A DNA stretch of 64,000 bases from an uncultured Ruminococcus sp. (GCA_900544395.1 UQVC01000008.1:423-64422); one strand, 5' to 3'. Shown: positions 38,857 through 51,128, numbered from the stretch's first letter. Program-made: numbers and translations. Notes: generated from the sequence alone by a model not told the origin.

Positions 38857-41289
38857 TTACGTTATTCCGCGTCTGAAATGACCGCGTGTAAATTCATCTC
38901 CTGTCAGTTCCGACTCCGTTATTCCCTCACAGAGACGCAGTGACGCTTCCAAAACCTGCTTTGTTGTTTTTGCATCTTCGGCAGAAAACTGCACCCGGAC
39001 GCTTTTCGGCTGCATTCTCATCCACGCTTCCTGCTCTCCAAACAAGGACAGCGGTGTCGAATTATAGACCACATTATAACAAAATCCGCAATGATTTTTT
39101 ACCGGAAATTTCTTGCCTCTCCGGTCCGTCAAAAGTGTGGTCACCGGACGGTGGGTACAGCCTTTGGCAGTCTTTACCACGCACTGGGCGGAAACCATGA
39201 CCGGAATCCTGCCATAAACCAGCAATTCGCTTTCCGTCAGTCCCAGCTCTTCCAGCTCCCCGGCATTCAATTCCAACGGAGCGGTAAAAGACTCTGCTCC
39301 ATTTTCTTTCCAGAACTGCTGTGCATATCGATTAAAAACATACAGATTGTGATCCAGGATAACCGGTCTGTCAAATCCATGCTGCTTTAAAAACTCAAAG
39401 CTTTCACTGTTTCGGACCAGCACCCCATCCCGTGCCAGTCTCCGTACGTTTTCATAGTTCTTTTCAAACTTCTGTACCGCATCTTCCCGGAAAATATGCG
39501 GCATGGCCAGAAAAATCTTTGCCGGATGCTTTGCCGTTTTTTCAAGAAATGAAGTCACAAATGTGTCCTCCAGAAGATCCGGTGCCAGATTGCTGTCCAC
39601 ATAAATCCGGTCCACCTCTTCATATTCCAACACAGCCAAAAGCTGCTCTGGCGTCTCTGCCAGAACGCTGAGTTTCGGAGCAGTCTGTTCGTTCGATCGC
39701 ACCTCGGGTTTCGAGAGCGGCTGTACATGTCCTTTCCTGCGGAACTGGCGGCAGATCTCTGCTTCCAGCGCTTCTAAAGCCTGTCTTCTTAATTCATTGA
39801 GCTGCTGCATCGGCAGAAATACATCCCCCTCCAGATCGATCTGAAGCTGTTCAAATACAAATGCGGTATTTCCGGTTTTGCAGATCTGTTTTTGGATCCG
39901 TGCCTCTTCCATGGGCTGGTTCTGCGCCTGCTGTACCATCTGCTCACTGAAAACCGTAACATTTGCCTGTTCTGTCCACACGCTCAGCATGGCTTTCTCT
40001 CCCACCGCTGCTCGTAAATAACCGGAGATTTTCTCTTTGACTGAGCCTTCCAGATAAGTCTCCGTCATTTCCGTCATCAATTTCTGATTGCGGATCCGGT
40101 TTAAAGTCTGTCCGGTTTGATACCGTTCCTTTTTGGGCACCAGGATCATGGTCCGGGCTCCTTTTGGAAGTTCTTTTCCAAAGGTATAATGTTCTTTCTG
40201 CAGATTTAACTCCAGGAGATCTCCTTTATGGATCTCGGTCAGCGTCTCGATCGTCAGCTCTCTTCCCTTTTGAGACAACACACGTGCCGCAGGAACCCCT
40301 GCATGATTCGGACGGGAGACTGCGATCATATCCCGGCCGTTTCTCTCCTGATAATATCCCTGACTGAATCCGCCCCGGTTATAAAGATCCAATAACGCCT
40401 TCCGGTCAGCAGCATCTACATGATATCCCTGTCGCCCTTTCTCCAGATACAGATCCGTATACTTCCGGTAAATAGAAGTCACTGCAGCCACATATTCCGG
40501 CCGCTTCATCCTGCCCTCAATCTTAAAGGAATACACGCCAGCTTCGATCAGATCCGGGATCAGATCCAATGTACAAATATCCTTTGGACTTAACAAATAT
40601 TCTTTCTTGTCACTCCCATCCACACTGTACGGAAGGCGGCATGGCTGCGCACACTGTCCCCGATTGCCGCTTCGTCCGCCGATCAGGCTGCTGAGCAGGC
40701 ATTGTCCGGAATAACAATAACATAGCGCTCCGTGGACAAAACATTCGATCTCCATTCCTGTCGTCTCATACATCTTTCGGATCTCTTTGAGCGAAATCTC
40801 CCGTGCCGGAACAACTCTGCTCACACCCTGCCGCTTTAAGAATTCTGCCCCTTTTGCATGAACGGTTGACATCTGTGTACTCGCATGGATCTCCAAGTCC
40901 GGAAAATCATGACGCACCAGCTTCAGTACTCCCATATCCTGTACGATCACTGCATCCAGACCATGTACATACAAAGGCTCCAGGTAATCATGCAAGGTCG
41001 CGATCTCATGGTCTTTCAGCAAAGTATTGACTGTCAGGTATACCTTTCTGCCATGCAGATGTGCATAATCTATCGCCTCTTTTAAGGATTCCTCTGTAAA
41101 ATTATCCGCAAATGCGCGGGCTCCAAACCTTGCCCCTCCGGCATAGACTGCATCTGCTCCTGCGTGGATCGCAGCCAGAAAACTCTCATACGAGCCGGCT
41201 GGAGCCAAAATCTCTACCTGTGGTTTTTTTATCTTTTTTTCTATCACGAATGACTCCTTTTTTCTCAACATAAAAAGAGGGCGGAACAA
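38857..41289 (-). CDS. U32 family peptidase with C-terminal DUF3656
   Basis: Peptidase U32 signature region. Confidence 0.75.
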   Translation of the reverse strand: MFRPLFMLRKKESFVIEKKIKKPQVEILAPAGSYESFLAAIHAGADAVYAGGARFGARAFADNFTEESLKEAIDYAHLHGRKVYLTVNTLLKDHEIATLHDYLEPLYVHGLDAVIVQDMGVLKLVRHDFPDLEIHASTQMSTVHAKGAEFLKRQGVSRVVPAREISLKEIRKMYETTGMEIECFVHGALCYCYSGQCLLSSLIGGRSGNRGQCAQPCRLPYSVDGSDKKEYLLSPKDICTLDLIPDLIEAGVYSFKIEGRMKRPEYVAAVTSIYRKYTDLYLEKGRQGYHVDAADRKALLDLYNRGGFSQGYYQERNGRDMIAVSRPNHAGVPAARVLSQKGRELTIETLTEIHKGDLLELNLQKEHYTFGKELPKGARTMILVPKKERYQTGQTLNRIRNQKLMTEMTETYLEGSVKEKISGYLRAAVGEKAMLSVWTEQANVTVFSEQMVQQAQNQPMEEARIQKQICKTGNTAFVFEQLQIDLEGDVFLPMQQLNELRRQALEALEAEICRQFRRKGHVQPLSKPEVRSNEQTAPKLSVLAETPEQLLAVLEYEEVDRIYVDSNLAPDLLEDTFVTSFLEKTAKHPAKIFLAMPHIFREDAVQKFEKNYENVRRLARDGVLVRNSESFEFLKQHGFDRPVILDHNLYVFNRYAQQFWKENGAESFTAPLELNAGELEELGLTESELLVYGRIPVMVSAQCVVKTAKGCTHRPVTTLLTDRRGKKFPVKNHCGFCYNVVYNSTPLSLFGEQEAWMRMQPKSVRVQFSAEDAKTTKQVLEASLRLCEGITESELTGDEFTRGHFRRGIT

Positions 41290-41329
41290 AAGCTGCTTGC
41301 TTCTGCAGTCTCTTGGGCACCCTCATTTT

Positions 41330-41740
41330 TTACTTTCTGCGGTTCTTCATCTCTGTTTCCAGTTTCACAATCTGCATCTGCAGATCGTTATTTTCCTCTT
41401 TCATCTTGGCAAGCTCTTTTTCCGCATTCTCAAGTTTGATCTGTACGGAAATCAACTCATGCTTTAAGTCATACATCTCTTTATCTTTCAGTTCGATGTC
41501 ACTCTCCAGTGAATCTCCCTGTTTCTTCGCCTTAAAATAATCATCGGCGATATTCAGCGCCAGGAGCACATTTCTGGTATCTGCACTCTGTCTGCGGTAA
41601 CCTTCGCTGTTGGCACACTCGGTTATCTTATGGTTCAGATAGGAAGATACTTTCTGCAGATACTCCTCACCCTCAAATCCACTCAATGTATAAACTTTTC
41701 CTCCGATCAAGACTTCTGTAACATGTTTTGCTGAACTCAT
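41330..41740 (-). CDS. zapA: Cell division protein ZapA
   Basis: ZapA N-terminal domain plus coiled coil. Confidence 0.75.
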   Translation of the reverse strand: MSSAKHVTEVLIGGKVYTLSGFEGEEYLQKVSSYLNHKITECANSEGYRRQSADTRNVLLALNIADDYFKAKKQGDSLESDIELKDKEMYDLKHELISVQIKLENAEKELAKMKEENNDLQMQIVKLETEMKNRRK

Positions 41741-41814
41741 AGCATCCTCCTTGGCATTTCTTATTTGTTATTATAAACTATCTTCAAATAAAAACCAACT
41801 GTTTTTTGAAGTTT

Positions 41815-42813
41815 CTACACCGGAGGCAGGATCCCCAAATGACGGTATGCCAGATCCGTGACGACTCTTCCTCTTGGTGTCCGCTGGATAAAGCCGCACT
41901 TCAAAAGATATGGCTCATACACATCTTCCAGCGTTCCGGCATCTTCCGAAATACTGGCCGCCAGTGTATCCAGCCCCACCGGGCCGCCCTGGAACTTTTC
42001 GATCATCACCTGTAAAATGGTCCGATCTCCGTGATCCAGTCCATATCGGTCCACATCCAGAAGATCCAGTGCGTAATTCGCCACTTCTTCTGTGATCACT
42101 CCGTCATACTTCACCTGCGCGAAATCACGCACTCGCTTTAACAGACGGTTGGCCAGACGAGGCGTTCCTCTGGATCGCTTCGCCAGTTCCAGCGCTCCCT
42201 TTGTGTCAATCTCCACATTCAACACCCCTGCTGAACGCTGGATGATCGTCACCAGCTCTTCTTCTGTATAAAACTCCAGTCGGTTTACCACTCCAAACCG
42301 ATCCCGCAGAGGCGCTGTCAGCATCCCCGCTCTTGTCGTAGCGCCGACCAGAGTGAATTTCGGCAGATCCAGGCGAATGGAACGTGCCGTTGCGCCTTTT
42401 CCGATCATGATATCAATGGCATAATCTTCCATGGCAGGATACAGCACCTCTTCTACCTGTCGGTTCAGTCGGTGGATCTCATCCACAAACAATACATCGT
42501 GTTCCTGCAGATTATTTAAGATCGCCGCCATCTCTCCGGGCTTCTCAATAGCCGGTCCGGAAGTTACCTTGAGATTGACTCCCATCTCATTGGCAATGAT
42601 CCCGGCAAGGGTCGTCTTTCCAAGTCCTGGAGGACCGTAGAACAGAACATGATCCAACGCTTCCTCTCTTTCTTTCGCTGCCCGGATGTACACTTCCAGC
42701 ATCTTTTTCGCCTTCTCCTGACCAATGTAGTCTGCCAGAAGCTGAGGCCGCAGATGATTTTCTATTTTCGCATCTTCTTCCAGATTCTCCGTTGTGATAA
42801 TTCGTCTTCCCAT
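41815..42813 (-). CDS. ruvB: Holliday junction branch migration helicase RuvB
   Basis: AAA+ RuvB motifs. Confidence 0.95.
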   Translation of the reverse strand: MGRRIITTENLEEDAKIENHLRPQLLADYIGQEKAKKMLEVYIRAAKEREEALDHVLFYGPPGLGKTTLAGIIANEMGVNLKVTSGPAIEKPGEMAAILNNLQEHDVLFVDEIHRLNRQVEEVLYPAMEDYAIDIMIGKGATARSIRLDLPKFTLVGATTRAGMLTAPLRDRFGVVNRLEFYTEEELVTIIQRSAGVLNVEIDTKGALELAKRSRGTPRLANRLLKRVRDFAQVKYDGVITEEVANYALDLLDVDRYGLDHGDRTILQVMIEKFQGGPVGLDTLAASISEDAGTLEDVYEPYLLKCGFIQRTPRGRVVTDLAYRHLGILPPV

Positions 42814-42831
42814 ATGTTTCCTCTATAATAT

Positions 42832-43437
42832 TTACAACATTTTTTTCAGGGCTTCTTTGAGTACATCTTCCACAGAAGTACGATCTGCCCCTACCTGACG
42901 GACTGCTTTTAAACTCTCAGCGCTTCCGTATCCCAGTGCAACCAGAGCCTGGACCACTTCTGCCTGGACATCACTGCTTTGTCCACCGGATGGAAGTTCT
43001 GCTGCCGCTGCAGTCCGTGGCTCCAACATATCTTCCAGATCTAATTTATCTTTTAATTCAATAATCAGCTTTTCTGCTGTCTTCTTTCCGATACCTGGCG
43101 CTGCACAGATCGCCTTTGCATCCCCGGAAAGCACGGCAAATTTCAATTCATCCGCAGAGAGACAGGATAAAATGTTCAGGCCTCCCTTGGGTCCGATCCC
43201 ACTCACACCAATGACCAGGCGGAATACCTCCAGATCATCCCGCGTCAGAAATCCGAACAACTGCATGGCATCTTCCCGTACATTGAGATAAGTATGGATC
43301 TTTACCTCGCATCCTGTCGGTCCCAAAAGACCTAAGGACTGCTCTGGCATATAAATCCCATACCCTACGCCCTGTACATCTACAATGGCCTTATCCCGCT
43401 CTATGGCAGCCAGTTCACCTCTAATATATGAAATCAT
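42832..43437 (-). CDS. ruvA: Holliday junction DNA helicase RuvA
   Basis: RuvA domains I-III. Confidence 0.9.
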   Translation of the reverse strand: MISYIRGELAAIERDKAIVDVQGVGYGIYMPEQSLGLLGPTGCEVKIHTYLNVREDAMQLFGFLTRDDLEVFRLVIGVSGIGPKGGLNILSCLSADELKFAVLSGDAKAICAAPGIGKKTAEKLIIELKDKLDLEDMLEPRTAAAAELPSGGQSSDVQAEVVQALVALGYGSAESLKAVRQVGADRTSVEDVLKEALKKML

Positions 43438-43955
43438 ACTCTCTTTTCCTTTTCTTCTTGCTTTTTCAAAAATGTCGTTCTCTTTAACACTTCACCGGAT
43501 ATCACTCCGATCACCAACCCTGTAACCAACCCGGATATCAACAGTACCGGCACGTAATATCCCACCTGATAAGTCTCCACCACAACCATCGCCAAAAGCA
43601 GCTGACCGATATTGTGAAAGACGCCTCCTGCCATACTGATCCCCTGAACACTGAAGCCGCCAAGTCTGCGCAGAAATACCATTACTGCCAGACTGAGCAC
43701 TCCGCCGGCCAGACTGTAGAAGATCATGCTTAAGCTGCCAAATAAAAAACCGGACAGTAAAATCCTGGTTACAGATAAAAGCAATGCTTCCCGTCCTCCA
43801 TATGTATATAAAACGATCACGATCACCAGGTTGGCCAGACCAAGCTTGATCCCGGGAACCCCAAAAGAAATGGGGATCAGCGTCTCCACATAACTGAGGA
43901 TCAGCGCCAAGGCGGTAAACACTCCAAAATATGCTGTTCTGTTCTTCATCTGCAC
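43434..43955 (-). CDS. Gx transporter family protein (heptaprenyl diphosphate synthase component I-like)
   Basis: Polytopic membrane protein. Paired with a NusG-domain-II gene. Confidence 0.6.
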   Translation of the reverse strand: MQMKNRTAYFGVFTALALILSYVETLIPISFGVPGIKLGLANLVIVIVLYTYGGREALLLSVTRILLSGFLFGSLSMIFYSLAGGVLSLAVMVFLRRLGGFSVQGISMAGGVFHNIGQLLLAMVVVETYQVGYYVPVLLISGLVTGLVIGVISGEVLKRTTFLKKQEEKEKRV

Positions 43956-43989
43956 TCCTATGTCTGCAGCCTCCCAAAGTCTGCTGTCA

Positions 43990-44343
43990 TCAATTCACAA
44001 TACTGTCCAGTTCGCTCTTTTCATCCCCATCCACACTGATCACTACCCTGTGTGGAAGACAGATGATACTTTCTCCGGCTTTCGATATGGCCTTTTGATG
44101 GACGCACAGCTGATCCGGACAGCTGGCCCACTCCATCCTTGCTTTTCCATTCTGAATGCGCAGACGATTGCCATTCCCAATCTCGACTGTCCGGTCTTTC
44201 TTCAGAGAGTAACTCCCACAGGCCTCTCCCTCGACTGTCACAACTACCTTCTGCCCTTTTTGTGCTGTCATCCAGAGAATCCCACTCAAAAGAACAGCAA
44301 TCAGGATCACCGCTCCGATCAACAGATAATCTCTCTTTTTCAT
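43990..44343 (-). CDS. NusG domain II-containing protein
   Basis: N-terminal TM plus a NusG-II-like beta domain. Confidence 0.6.
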   Translation of the reverse strand: MKKRDYLLIGAVILIAVLLSGILWMTAQKGQKVVVTVEGEACGSYSLKKDRTVEIGNGNRLRIQNGKARMEWASCPDQLCVHQKAISKAGESIICLPHRVVISVDGDEKSELDSIVN

Positions 44344-44433
44344 ATCTTGTATCCTTTCAGAGTCTTATCATAACACACGCCCTCTTGAAATGCAACCACA
44401 CATTCGACCATACGTTCGGTTTCATAAAAAATA

Positions 44434-45870
44434 TTATAAAAATCTCCGGATTGGAATAGTGATCACCCGAAGGAGTGCATAAAACAGCTTCTTTCCTGTT
44501 GACATTTCTCTGTGGTGATAGTTTTCTTCATATTGATACTCCCCACTGTCTGTCATCGTCCGGCTGTATGTCTTATCCCGATCGATTTCTTCCCGCAGTT
44601 CTGCCGCCAGATCTTCCGAGTCAATGGCAAGCATCAGTTCCGTATCCTGATATGTACTGCGCATATCCAGATTATAAGAACCAACAATGCAAAGTCTGTC
44701 ATCGATCAGAACAGATTTCGTGTGATTGGAGTGCGGTCCCAGATATTCATGTACCTGAACGCCAGTTGCCCAGATTTTTTCTTTCTGATTCAAATAATCC
44801 GTGCATCCCCAGGGATTCGCTCCGCTGGATACATCATTTGTGATGATCTCTACTGTCGTTCCATTGTCACAGATCTGCTTCAGATCTGCGTACATTTCTT
44901 TTCCACAAATGATATATGGGGTGCAGATAACCGCCTCTTGGCCGCTCTGCAGAAGCTGACTGATCGAATACCACATATGAGGGGCTTTGTTTTCAGCTTC
45001 GACCGGATTGGAAAGAAGGGTCACCTGATTGGTCGCAACCGTACGCTCTTCCCAGTTCCAGACTTCTAAAATTTCCGGATACATATTTTCTAATTCCGGA
45101 TATCTTTCTTTCAATTCCTGCCTGCTTTTTTCTACTTTGTCCGTGACTTTTTTGCAGCGATAATTTTTGCTGTCTGAAAGTGCCCACACCCTTTCAAAAT
45201 ATGCTTTTAACTGTTCCAGAGAAGAACCCTTCTTCTGATGTTTTTCATAAATAAAAATTTCTTTGTCAATATTCTGATGTTTTGCGTAATTCCCAAGAAA
45301 CAGATTGGTTGTATTCCGACCGCCCAAAAGATACATAGAGTCATCCGAAATCACATATTTATCATGGAGTCTTGCCTGCATGGTCCACGGTTTGAGCAGA
45401 TTGATCGGATTATAGATTTTAATTTCCACATTTTCTGTTGCAGCAAGCGCCTGAAAATAAGGATCTCCCCACATATCTAAAAATCCACTGACTCCATCTA
45501 CGATCAGGCGGACTCTGACGCCCCTGTTTCCTGCTTCCATCAGCGCACTCATCACATCTTTCCCACCCGTATCTGCGTTGAAATCAAAGGTCGATACGAT
45601 CACCTCTTCTTTGGCTTCCCGAATCATTTTCAGACGATAAGTTAAAGCTTCTGTATTATCTGTAATGTATGCTGCCCGCTCACTTCCCGGCTCCTGTGCA
45701 TAACAGTCTTTGGGATCAAACTGCTTTTTATAAGAATCAGACACCTTTTTATGCTGAATATAGGGAATGGTCAGCGCCCCGATGTAAATCAGAATGATCA
45801 AAAGACCGATCCTTCCCCATCGTATTCTTTTCCCTCTTTCTTTTGCTCCATGTTTTTTCACTTCTTTCAC
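44434..45870 (-). CDS. Phospholipase D family protein / cardiolipin synthase-like
   Basis: N-terminal TM, two PLD HKD-type motifs (HTKSVLIDD). Confidence 0.7.
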   Translation of the reverse strand: MKEVKKHGAKERGKRIRWGRIGLLIILIYIGALTIPYIQHKKVSDSYKKQFDPKDCYAQEPGSERAAYITDNTEALTYRLKMIREAKEEVIVSTFDFNADTGGKDVMSALMEAGNRGVRVRLIVDGVSGFLDMWGDPYFQALAATENVEIKIYNPINLLKPWTMQARLHDKYVISDDSMYLLGGRNTTNLFLGNYAKHQNIDKEIFIYEKHQKKGSSLEQLKAYFERVWALSDSKNYRCKKVTDKVEKSRQELKERYPELENMYPEILEVWNWEERTVATNQVTLLSNPVEAENKAPHMWYSISQLLQSGQEAVICTPYIICGKEMYADLKQICDNGTTVEIITNDVSSGANPWGCTDYLNQKEKIWATGVQVHEYLGPHSNHTKSVLIDDRLCIVGSYNLDMRSTYQDTELMLAIDSEDLAAELREEIDRDKTYSRTMTDSGEYQYEENYHHREMSTGKKLFYALLRVITIPIRRFL

Positions 45871-46009
45871 CTCATCATCTCTTGGTTTCCCCCACAGTTA
45901 AAAGGTAGTATAGTGCTCTCTTTTTAAAAAGTCAAGTGTACATACTTTCTTGTATTTTGGAAAAATTTTCGTTATAATGAGCCCAACATGAACCAAAGGA
46001 GATCCTTTT

Positions 46010-46987
46010 ATGAATCAATCATTCAAAAAAACAGGGCGATTGGCAGCCCTGCTCTTATTTTTTCTGCTTTTTCTGACCGGATGTCAGTCCTCTGCCGAGC
46101 CCCTTCAGATGAATGGAATGTATTTTGATACCATTGTCAACATTCAGATCTGGGGCGCAGAAGATGATTCTGTTTTCCAAAAATGTGAAGCGCTTTGCCA
46201 ACACTATGAAAATCTGTTCAGCCGCACCATTGAGACAAGCGATGTTTCCCGCATCAATCAGGCAAACGGAGCGCCTGTGACTGTTGATCCTGAAACAGCA
46301 GAGCTGATCCGGATCGGACTGGACTATGGAACATTGTCAGATGGAGCATTCGATATTACCATTGCTCCACTCAGTATCCTTTGGAATTTTGGTCACAATG
46401 ACGGACAGATTCCCTCTCCTGCCGCGATTGAAGAAGCAAAAAGTCATGTCAACTATCAGAAGGTAAAAGTAAGCGGAAATACCGTACAGCTTCTGGATAA
46501 AAGAGCTGCCATTGATCTGGGAGCGATTGCAAAAGGTTATATTGCCGATCAGCTCAAAATCTGTCTGGAAGAAGCCGGAATCGAGCATGGATTGATCTCC
46601 CTTGGCGGCAATACGCTTGCCATCGGCAAAAAACCGAACGGCGCCCCATTTAAAATCGGTGTACAAAAACCCTTTGCAGAACAAAATGAAGTACTCACCA
46701 GCCTGGATCTTGTGGATCAATCGGTCGTCTCTTCGGGAACCTATGAACGGTATTTCAAAAAAAATGGAATCCTTTATCATCACTTATTGGATCCCACAAC
46801 CGGATATCCTTATGAGAATGGCCTGCAGCAAGTTACCATTCTTTCTGAGAAATCTGTAGATGGAGATGCGCTGAGCACAACCTGTTTTGCTCTGGGACTT
46901 GAGAAAGGAAGCCGGTTGATCGAATCTCTGGACGGGGTCCGTGCGATTTTTGTAACAGAAGACGGACAGATGCACTCGGTGGGGTAA
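46010..46987 (+). CDS. FAD:protein FMN transferase (ApbE family lipoprotein)
   Basis: Lipobox LTGC. ApbE family. Confidence 0.8.
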   Translation: MNQSFKKTGRLAALLLFFLLFLTGCQSSAEPLQMNGMYFDTIVNIQIWGAEDDSVFQKCEALCQHYENLFSRTIETSDVSRINQANGAPVTVDPETAELIRIGLDYGTLSDGAFDITIAPLSILWNFGHNDGQIPSPAAIEEAKSHVNYQKVKVSGNTVQLLDKRAAIDLGAIAKGYIADQLKICLEEAGIEHGLISLGGNTLAIGKKPNGAPFKIGVQKPFAEQNEVLTSLDLVDQSVVSSGTYERYFKKNGILYHHLLDPTTGYPYENGLQQVTILSEKSVDGDALSTTCFALGLEKGSRLIESLDGVRAIFVTEDGQMHSVG

Positions 46988-47116
46988 TCATTTTATCCCC
47001 ACCGGTTCTAATTATTCCCCGAGAAAGGCATGGCTCATAATGTAAAATTCATCCTGACTTGGACGGTATTCCTTTTTCATCTGTCAGTCTTGCTTTTGTA
47101 TACATGATATTTCCAA

Positions 47117-49081
47117 TTACAATTCCTTTTTTAAGACAGCATACTGAAAAACGGAGGTTGTAGCCCAATAATACAGCAAATAAATCCCGCTAAATACTGT
47201 CAATGTAACGATTCCATAGGTCAAGAATAGATTTTCCTGCAAAATTGCTTCTCCAAATACTTGATTTGCTCCTGCAATCAAAAATATCATCATAATCATT
47301 GGAAGAATCGCCGGAATGAAAAACAGAATCCCTACTTCTTTTTTTATAAGGCATCTTCTTGTTTTTTGTGTCACTCCCATTTTATCCAAGATCTGATAAT
47401 TGCATCGATTGTAGTTTATTTTTGAAAGTTGTTCAAAAACTAATATCGTAGAAGATAAAATAATAAAAATAATGCTTAAATATAAGCCACAAAAAGAAAT
47501 TGCCGCAAATCCGGTTAAAGAGTTTTCAACGCCCCATGCCTTTACAGTTACTCCCATGGTTACCTGTTCTGGTAAACTTTTTCCATCTTGAAGCTCCGGC
47601 ATCCATGCATTCGGGTCATGCAAAAACTTCTTCAATTCGTGTTTTAACTCCGGATATCCTCCATTTTTCAATTTCATAACTAAACGAATTTTTTCACCGG
47701 AAAGCTGGTTTGCCACTTGATCAGGTACTACCAGAGCATATCCTCTTGTACCTGCCATTTGATATTGTTCCATGGGTTCTGTATGAATTGCCGTTTCTGC
47801 AATTTCAAGAACATTTCCGGCCAATGTAATTTTGCTTTTCTGCTCTAACGCTTTTCGAATCTTCTCTACATAATTCCATGTATCACAGTGAATGAAAAAT
47901 TCATTTGCAGACAGGCTTACAGGTTTTAATCCAAGCATACAACGTAAATGATTATAATCGGACAAGGCTAGAGCTTCCACCGGATACGTATCTGTTCCAT
48001 AAAGATAATAAATCAGTTCATCTTCTACCTTACATTGCTGTCTGGTAAATTCTATCATTGGCTCCATGGATTTTTTCGTCAGCGGAGCATCCAGGGCAAC
48101 TCCCGCATCATACGGATAATACGCCTCCATATTCGCCTTATATCCTGCTCCCATAGAAAGACCTGCAAACATCGTACTTAAAGATACCGTTAAAAGGATT
48201 GCGATAACTGCCATAAGCTTTCCTGCAGAATCTACTTTTCTTCCAATTTGTCCGTAATAAAACAAGTTGATGTCCTTATATTTTCTGCGCTTACTTTTAT
48301 TCAAAAGTCTTAACAGCAAAATTGGTAAATTACGATACATTTCGTATATTCCTGTTGCTGTCAAAATCACAGCGCCAGTCATCCAAACATAGAATACATT
48401 GGTTTGAACTGATAATCCTTTTGCCAAGCAACAGCCTCCGGTAAAGATACATAAGATGGATAAAATAATCAGCGTAATATGCAATCTTAAGGAATGCTTC
48501 TTTCCGTTTTCGTTTTTCTGATGATCATAGAGCATATCTACAATTTTACGTCTGCGGATCACCTTTGCCGCACGTAATATTCCGATACCGTACATGAACA
48601 TAAAAAATATAAAAGCTGTTGCAAAAGCCTTTATGGAAAAAGAAATACGATAGGCATGTGGCATCTCAAAAATATGATTGATGATCTGCACCAGCACTCC
48701 GGAAAGTCCAACTCCCAAAAAAGTTCCTATACAAAATGCAGCCATTCCAATCACACCATTTTCAATAAAAAACAGTTTTTGAATATTTGAAGTTTCCATA
48801 CCCAATAACTCATAGGTGGCAAATTCCTTTTTTCGTTCTTCCAGCATAAAGCGTATTGCATAGCTGATTACAAAAGATGCAATCAATGCTACAAGAACAG
48901 ACATTCCCAATATACCTGATGTCAGCATGGACATATTTTCAGACATAGTGAGAACCTCTTTTGAAAATCCAAGCGCTAGAAAGGAATACATCATAGCAGC
49001 AGTCAAAGTAATGGTAACAAAATAGATCACATAATTTCGTATGCTTTTTTTCATATTTTGTATTGCAAGCTTAATATACAT
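47117..49081 (-). CDS. BceB-type FtsX-family ABC transporter permease (intact, 654 aa)
   Basis: N-terminal LAIQNMKKSIRNY, MLEERKKEF motif, 10-TM architecture. Confidence 0.75.
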   Translation of the reverse strand: MYIKLAIQNMKKSIRNYVIYFVTITLTAAMMYSFLALGFSKEVLTMSENMSMLTSGILGMSVLVALIASFVISYAIRFMLEERKKEFATYELLGMETSNIQKLFFIENGVIGMAAFCIGTFLGVGLSGVLVQIINHIFEMPHAYRISFSIKAFATAFIFFMFMYGIGILRAAKVIRRRKIVDMLYDHQKNENGKKHSLRLHITLIILSILCIFTGGCCLAKGLSVQTNVFYVWMTGAVILTATGIYEMYRNLPILLLRLLNKSKRRKYKDINLFYYGQIGRKVDSAGKLMAVIAILLTVSLSTMFAGLSMGAGYKANMEAYYPYDAGVALDAPLTKKSMEPMIEFTRQQCKVEDELIYYLYGTDTYPVEALALSDYNHLRCMLGLKPVSLSANEFFIHCDTWNYVEKIRKALEQKSKITLAGNVLEIAETAIHTEPMEQYQMAGTRGYALVVPDQVANQLSGEKIRLVMKLKNGGYPELKHELKKFLHDPNAWMPELQDGKSLPEQVTMGVTVKAWGVENSLTGFAAISFCGLYLSIIFIILSSTILVFEQLSKINYNRCNYQILDKMGVTQKTRRCLIKKEVGILFFIPAILPMIMMIFLIAGANQVFGEAILQENLFLTYGIVTLTVFSGIYLLYYWATTSVFQYAVLKKEL

Positions 49082-49091
49082 TATGTTTCCC

Positions 49092-51128
49092 CTACCTTTC
49101 TGAAATGGACTTTCGGAATAATATCCAAGTGCTGGTGAAATAGCAGATCAACAAGGTTACCAAAATCCCTACTATTGCTCCTATCTGTAACATCAATGCA
49201 CCAAACCCAATGTAGGCTGAAATTTCTGCTGAAATAGTTTGGATAAAGTAAGTTATTACAACAGCAGCTACAATGATTGCTGTGATAATTGGAAGCCCAA
49301 ACCAAACGCTTAATTGTTGCAAGATCAGTTTTCCGATATGCTTTTCTTCTACACCTAATTTTCGGAGTACAGAGAAGCGATATTTATATTGTCCTGCGTC
49401 TAAGAGTTGTTGCAAAGAAAGTACGGTAAGACATATAATCATCAATACAACAGCACCATAAAGCATTGCAGCCTGCAAAACAAAATTATTTGCTATTGTA
49501 CTGTTCGTCTGTAATGTACTGAACCGTATTCCATACATAACGCCGCTTTCTGCTTGCTCTGGGTATTCTTCTGTAAAAAGTTTTTCCAGTTCCCTTGCAT
49601 TTTCATAGGAGATGTTTTCTTCTGTTGTGATATAGCGGTTTTTTATTACTGGCAACAGCTTTTCACAAATACTGTCTGGAAGTACATAGAGTATATCTGT
49701 ATAGGAATTGTACGCTGTTTCTCCGATTGCTTCCTCATAATAGGACTGCCCGGAAAGAGTCAATTCTCCTGCATCTGTCATAATGCTGGCATGCTCTTTC
49801 AAAAAGCTATCCCGTTCTTCCGCGGTGGCAATTGTTTTCCATTGTGTTGTAAATTCATCTTCTCCCAGAGAAATCTGTTCGTAACCCAGCATTTCCCGTA
49901 TGATGTTATAATTACTTAAAGAAATTGCTGCAATCGGAAAATCATATTTCTGTCTGTTGTGAAAATCGTCCTTCTCTGGCATATATAGATTGAAAGTGCA
50001 ATCATAATCTGTATCTATTTTATGTTCTGTCAGAAAATCAGTAATGATTTCATAACTGTCCTGTGGCAGATTTTCTTCTCCATAAACATCATTGTATCGC
50101 GAATATACCTGCACATCATACATAGAACGTATATCCAAATAACCAGACGACCAGCCCGTCAAAATAGGGGCTGCAACGAACATGAAAATTGCTAATACCA
50201 AAGTGATACAAATGACTGCCATAGTCTTGCTGGTCGTATTCAGCTTTGAGGTAATCTGTCCGAAAAAGAAAAGTGCTTCCCCATGGTATCGATGTTCCGG
50301 TGATTTCTCTTTCCATGCTACAATCAAACCACTGGTAAGATAAATGAAGGCACAAATGAAGAAAAGTAAGTCGATCAAGACAAAAAGCAAATATTGATTG
50401 AGCGTTCCACCACCTAAAGGCAGATAATATTTATTTGTTAATGCTGCAACGCTGGCTGCTGTAAAAGCGTTCCATACAGAACATATCAGCAAACCAGCAA
50501 TGAAACATTCTCTTTTTTTCTTTCTGATTATGCAAAATATCGACCACAGCAAAGTAAGCAACGGAAAAAGAGTATTTCCCCAAAACATAAGCTGCACCGG
50601 AAGCGCATAGCGGGTGTCATAATAAAGCCAGACCTTTTGTATTCCTGTCATCAATCCCCATACGGTAAATACCTCAAAAAGGACTACTACAACAGAAATG
50701 AAGCGGCTCTTTTTTAGCTCTGGTTCGTTCTCTTTCTCTGCGGAAAGCATATCAATAATTTTTGTTTTCTGAATGGTACGGGTATTGAAAATTCCTACCA
50801 CAAAAAAACTTGCCACAAAAAATACCACTGTCAGCAAAACGGTATCCGGGAATAATGTCCATGAGATTTCGTAAGACTTTCCATAAGCAGTAAGGAGCAT
50901 TGCGGTAATAAATTGAGAGCAAAATACACCGAAAAAAATACCAATCAAAATGGAAAATATACCCATAATCAGTGTTTCTGCAAAGAAAATCCTGCCAATA
51001 GTTTTTTGTTCCATTCCCATAATGGACTGGACAGCAAACTCTTTTTGCTTTCGCCGGAGCATATAATGATTGACGAACCGTATCAAAAATAGCAACAGCA
51101 ATGTTATCATGCAGATTGCAATTTTCAT
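49092..51128 (-). pseudogene. BceB-type FtsX-family permease lacking about 50 N-terminal residues (starts at TM2 equivalent)
   Basis: MLRRKQKEF aligns with residue ~80 of the neighbouring paralog. An in-frame stop lies 18 codons upstream of the ATG. Confidence 0.5.
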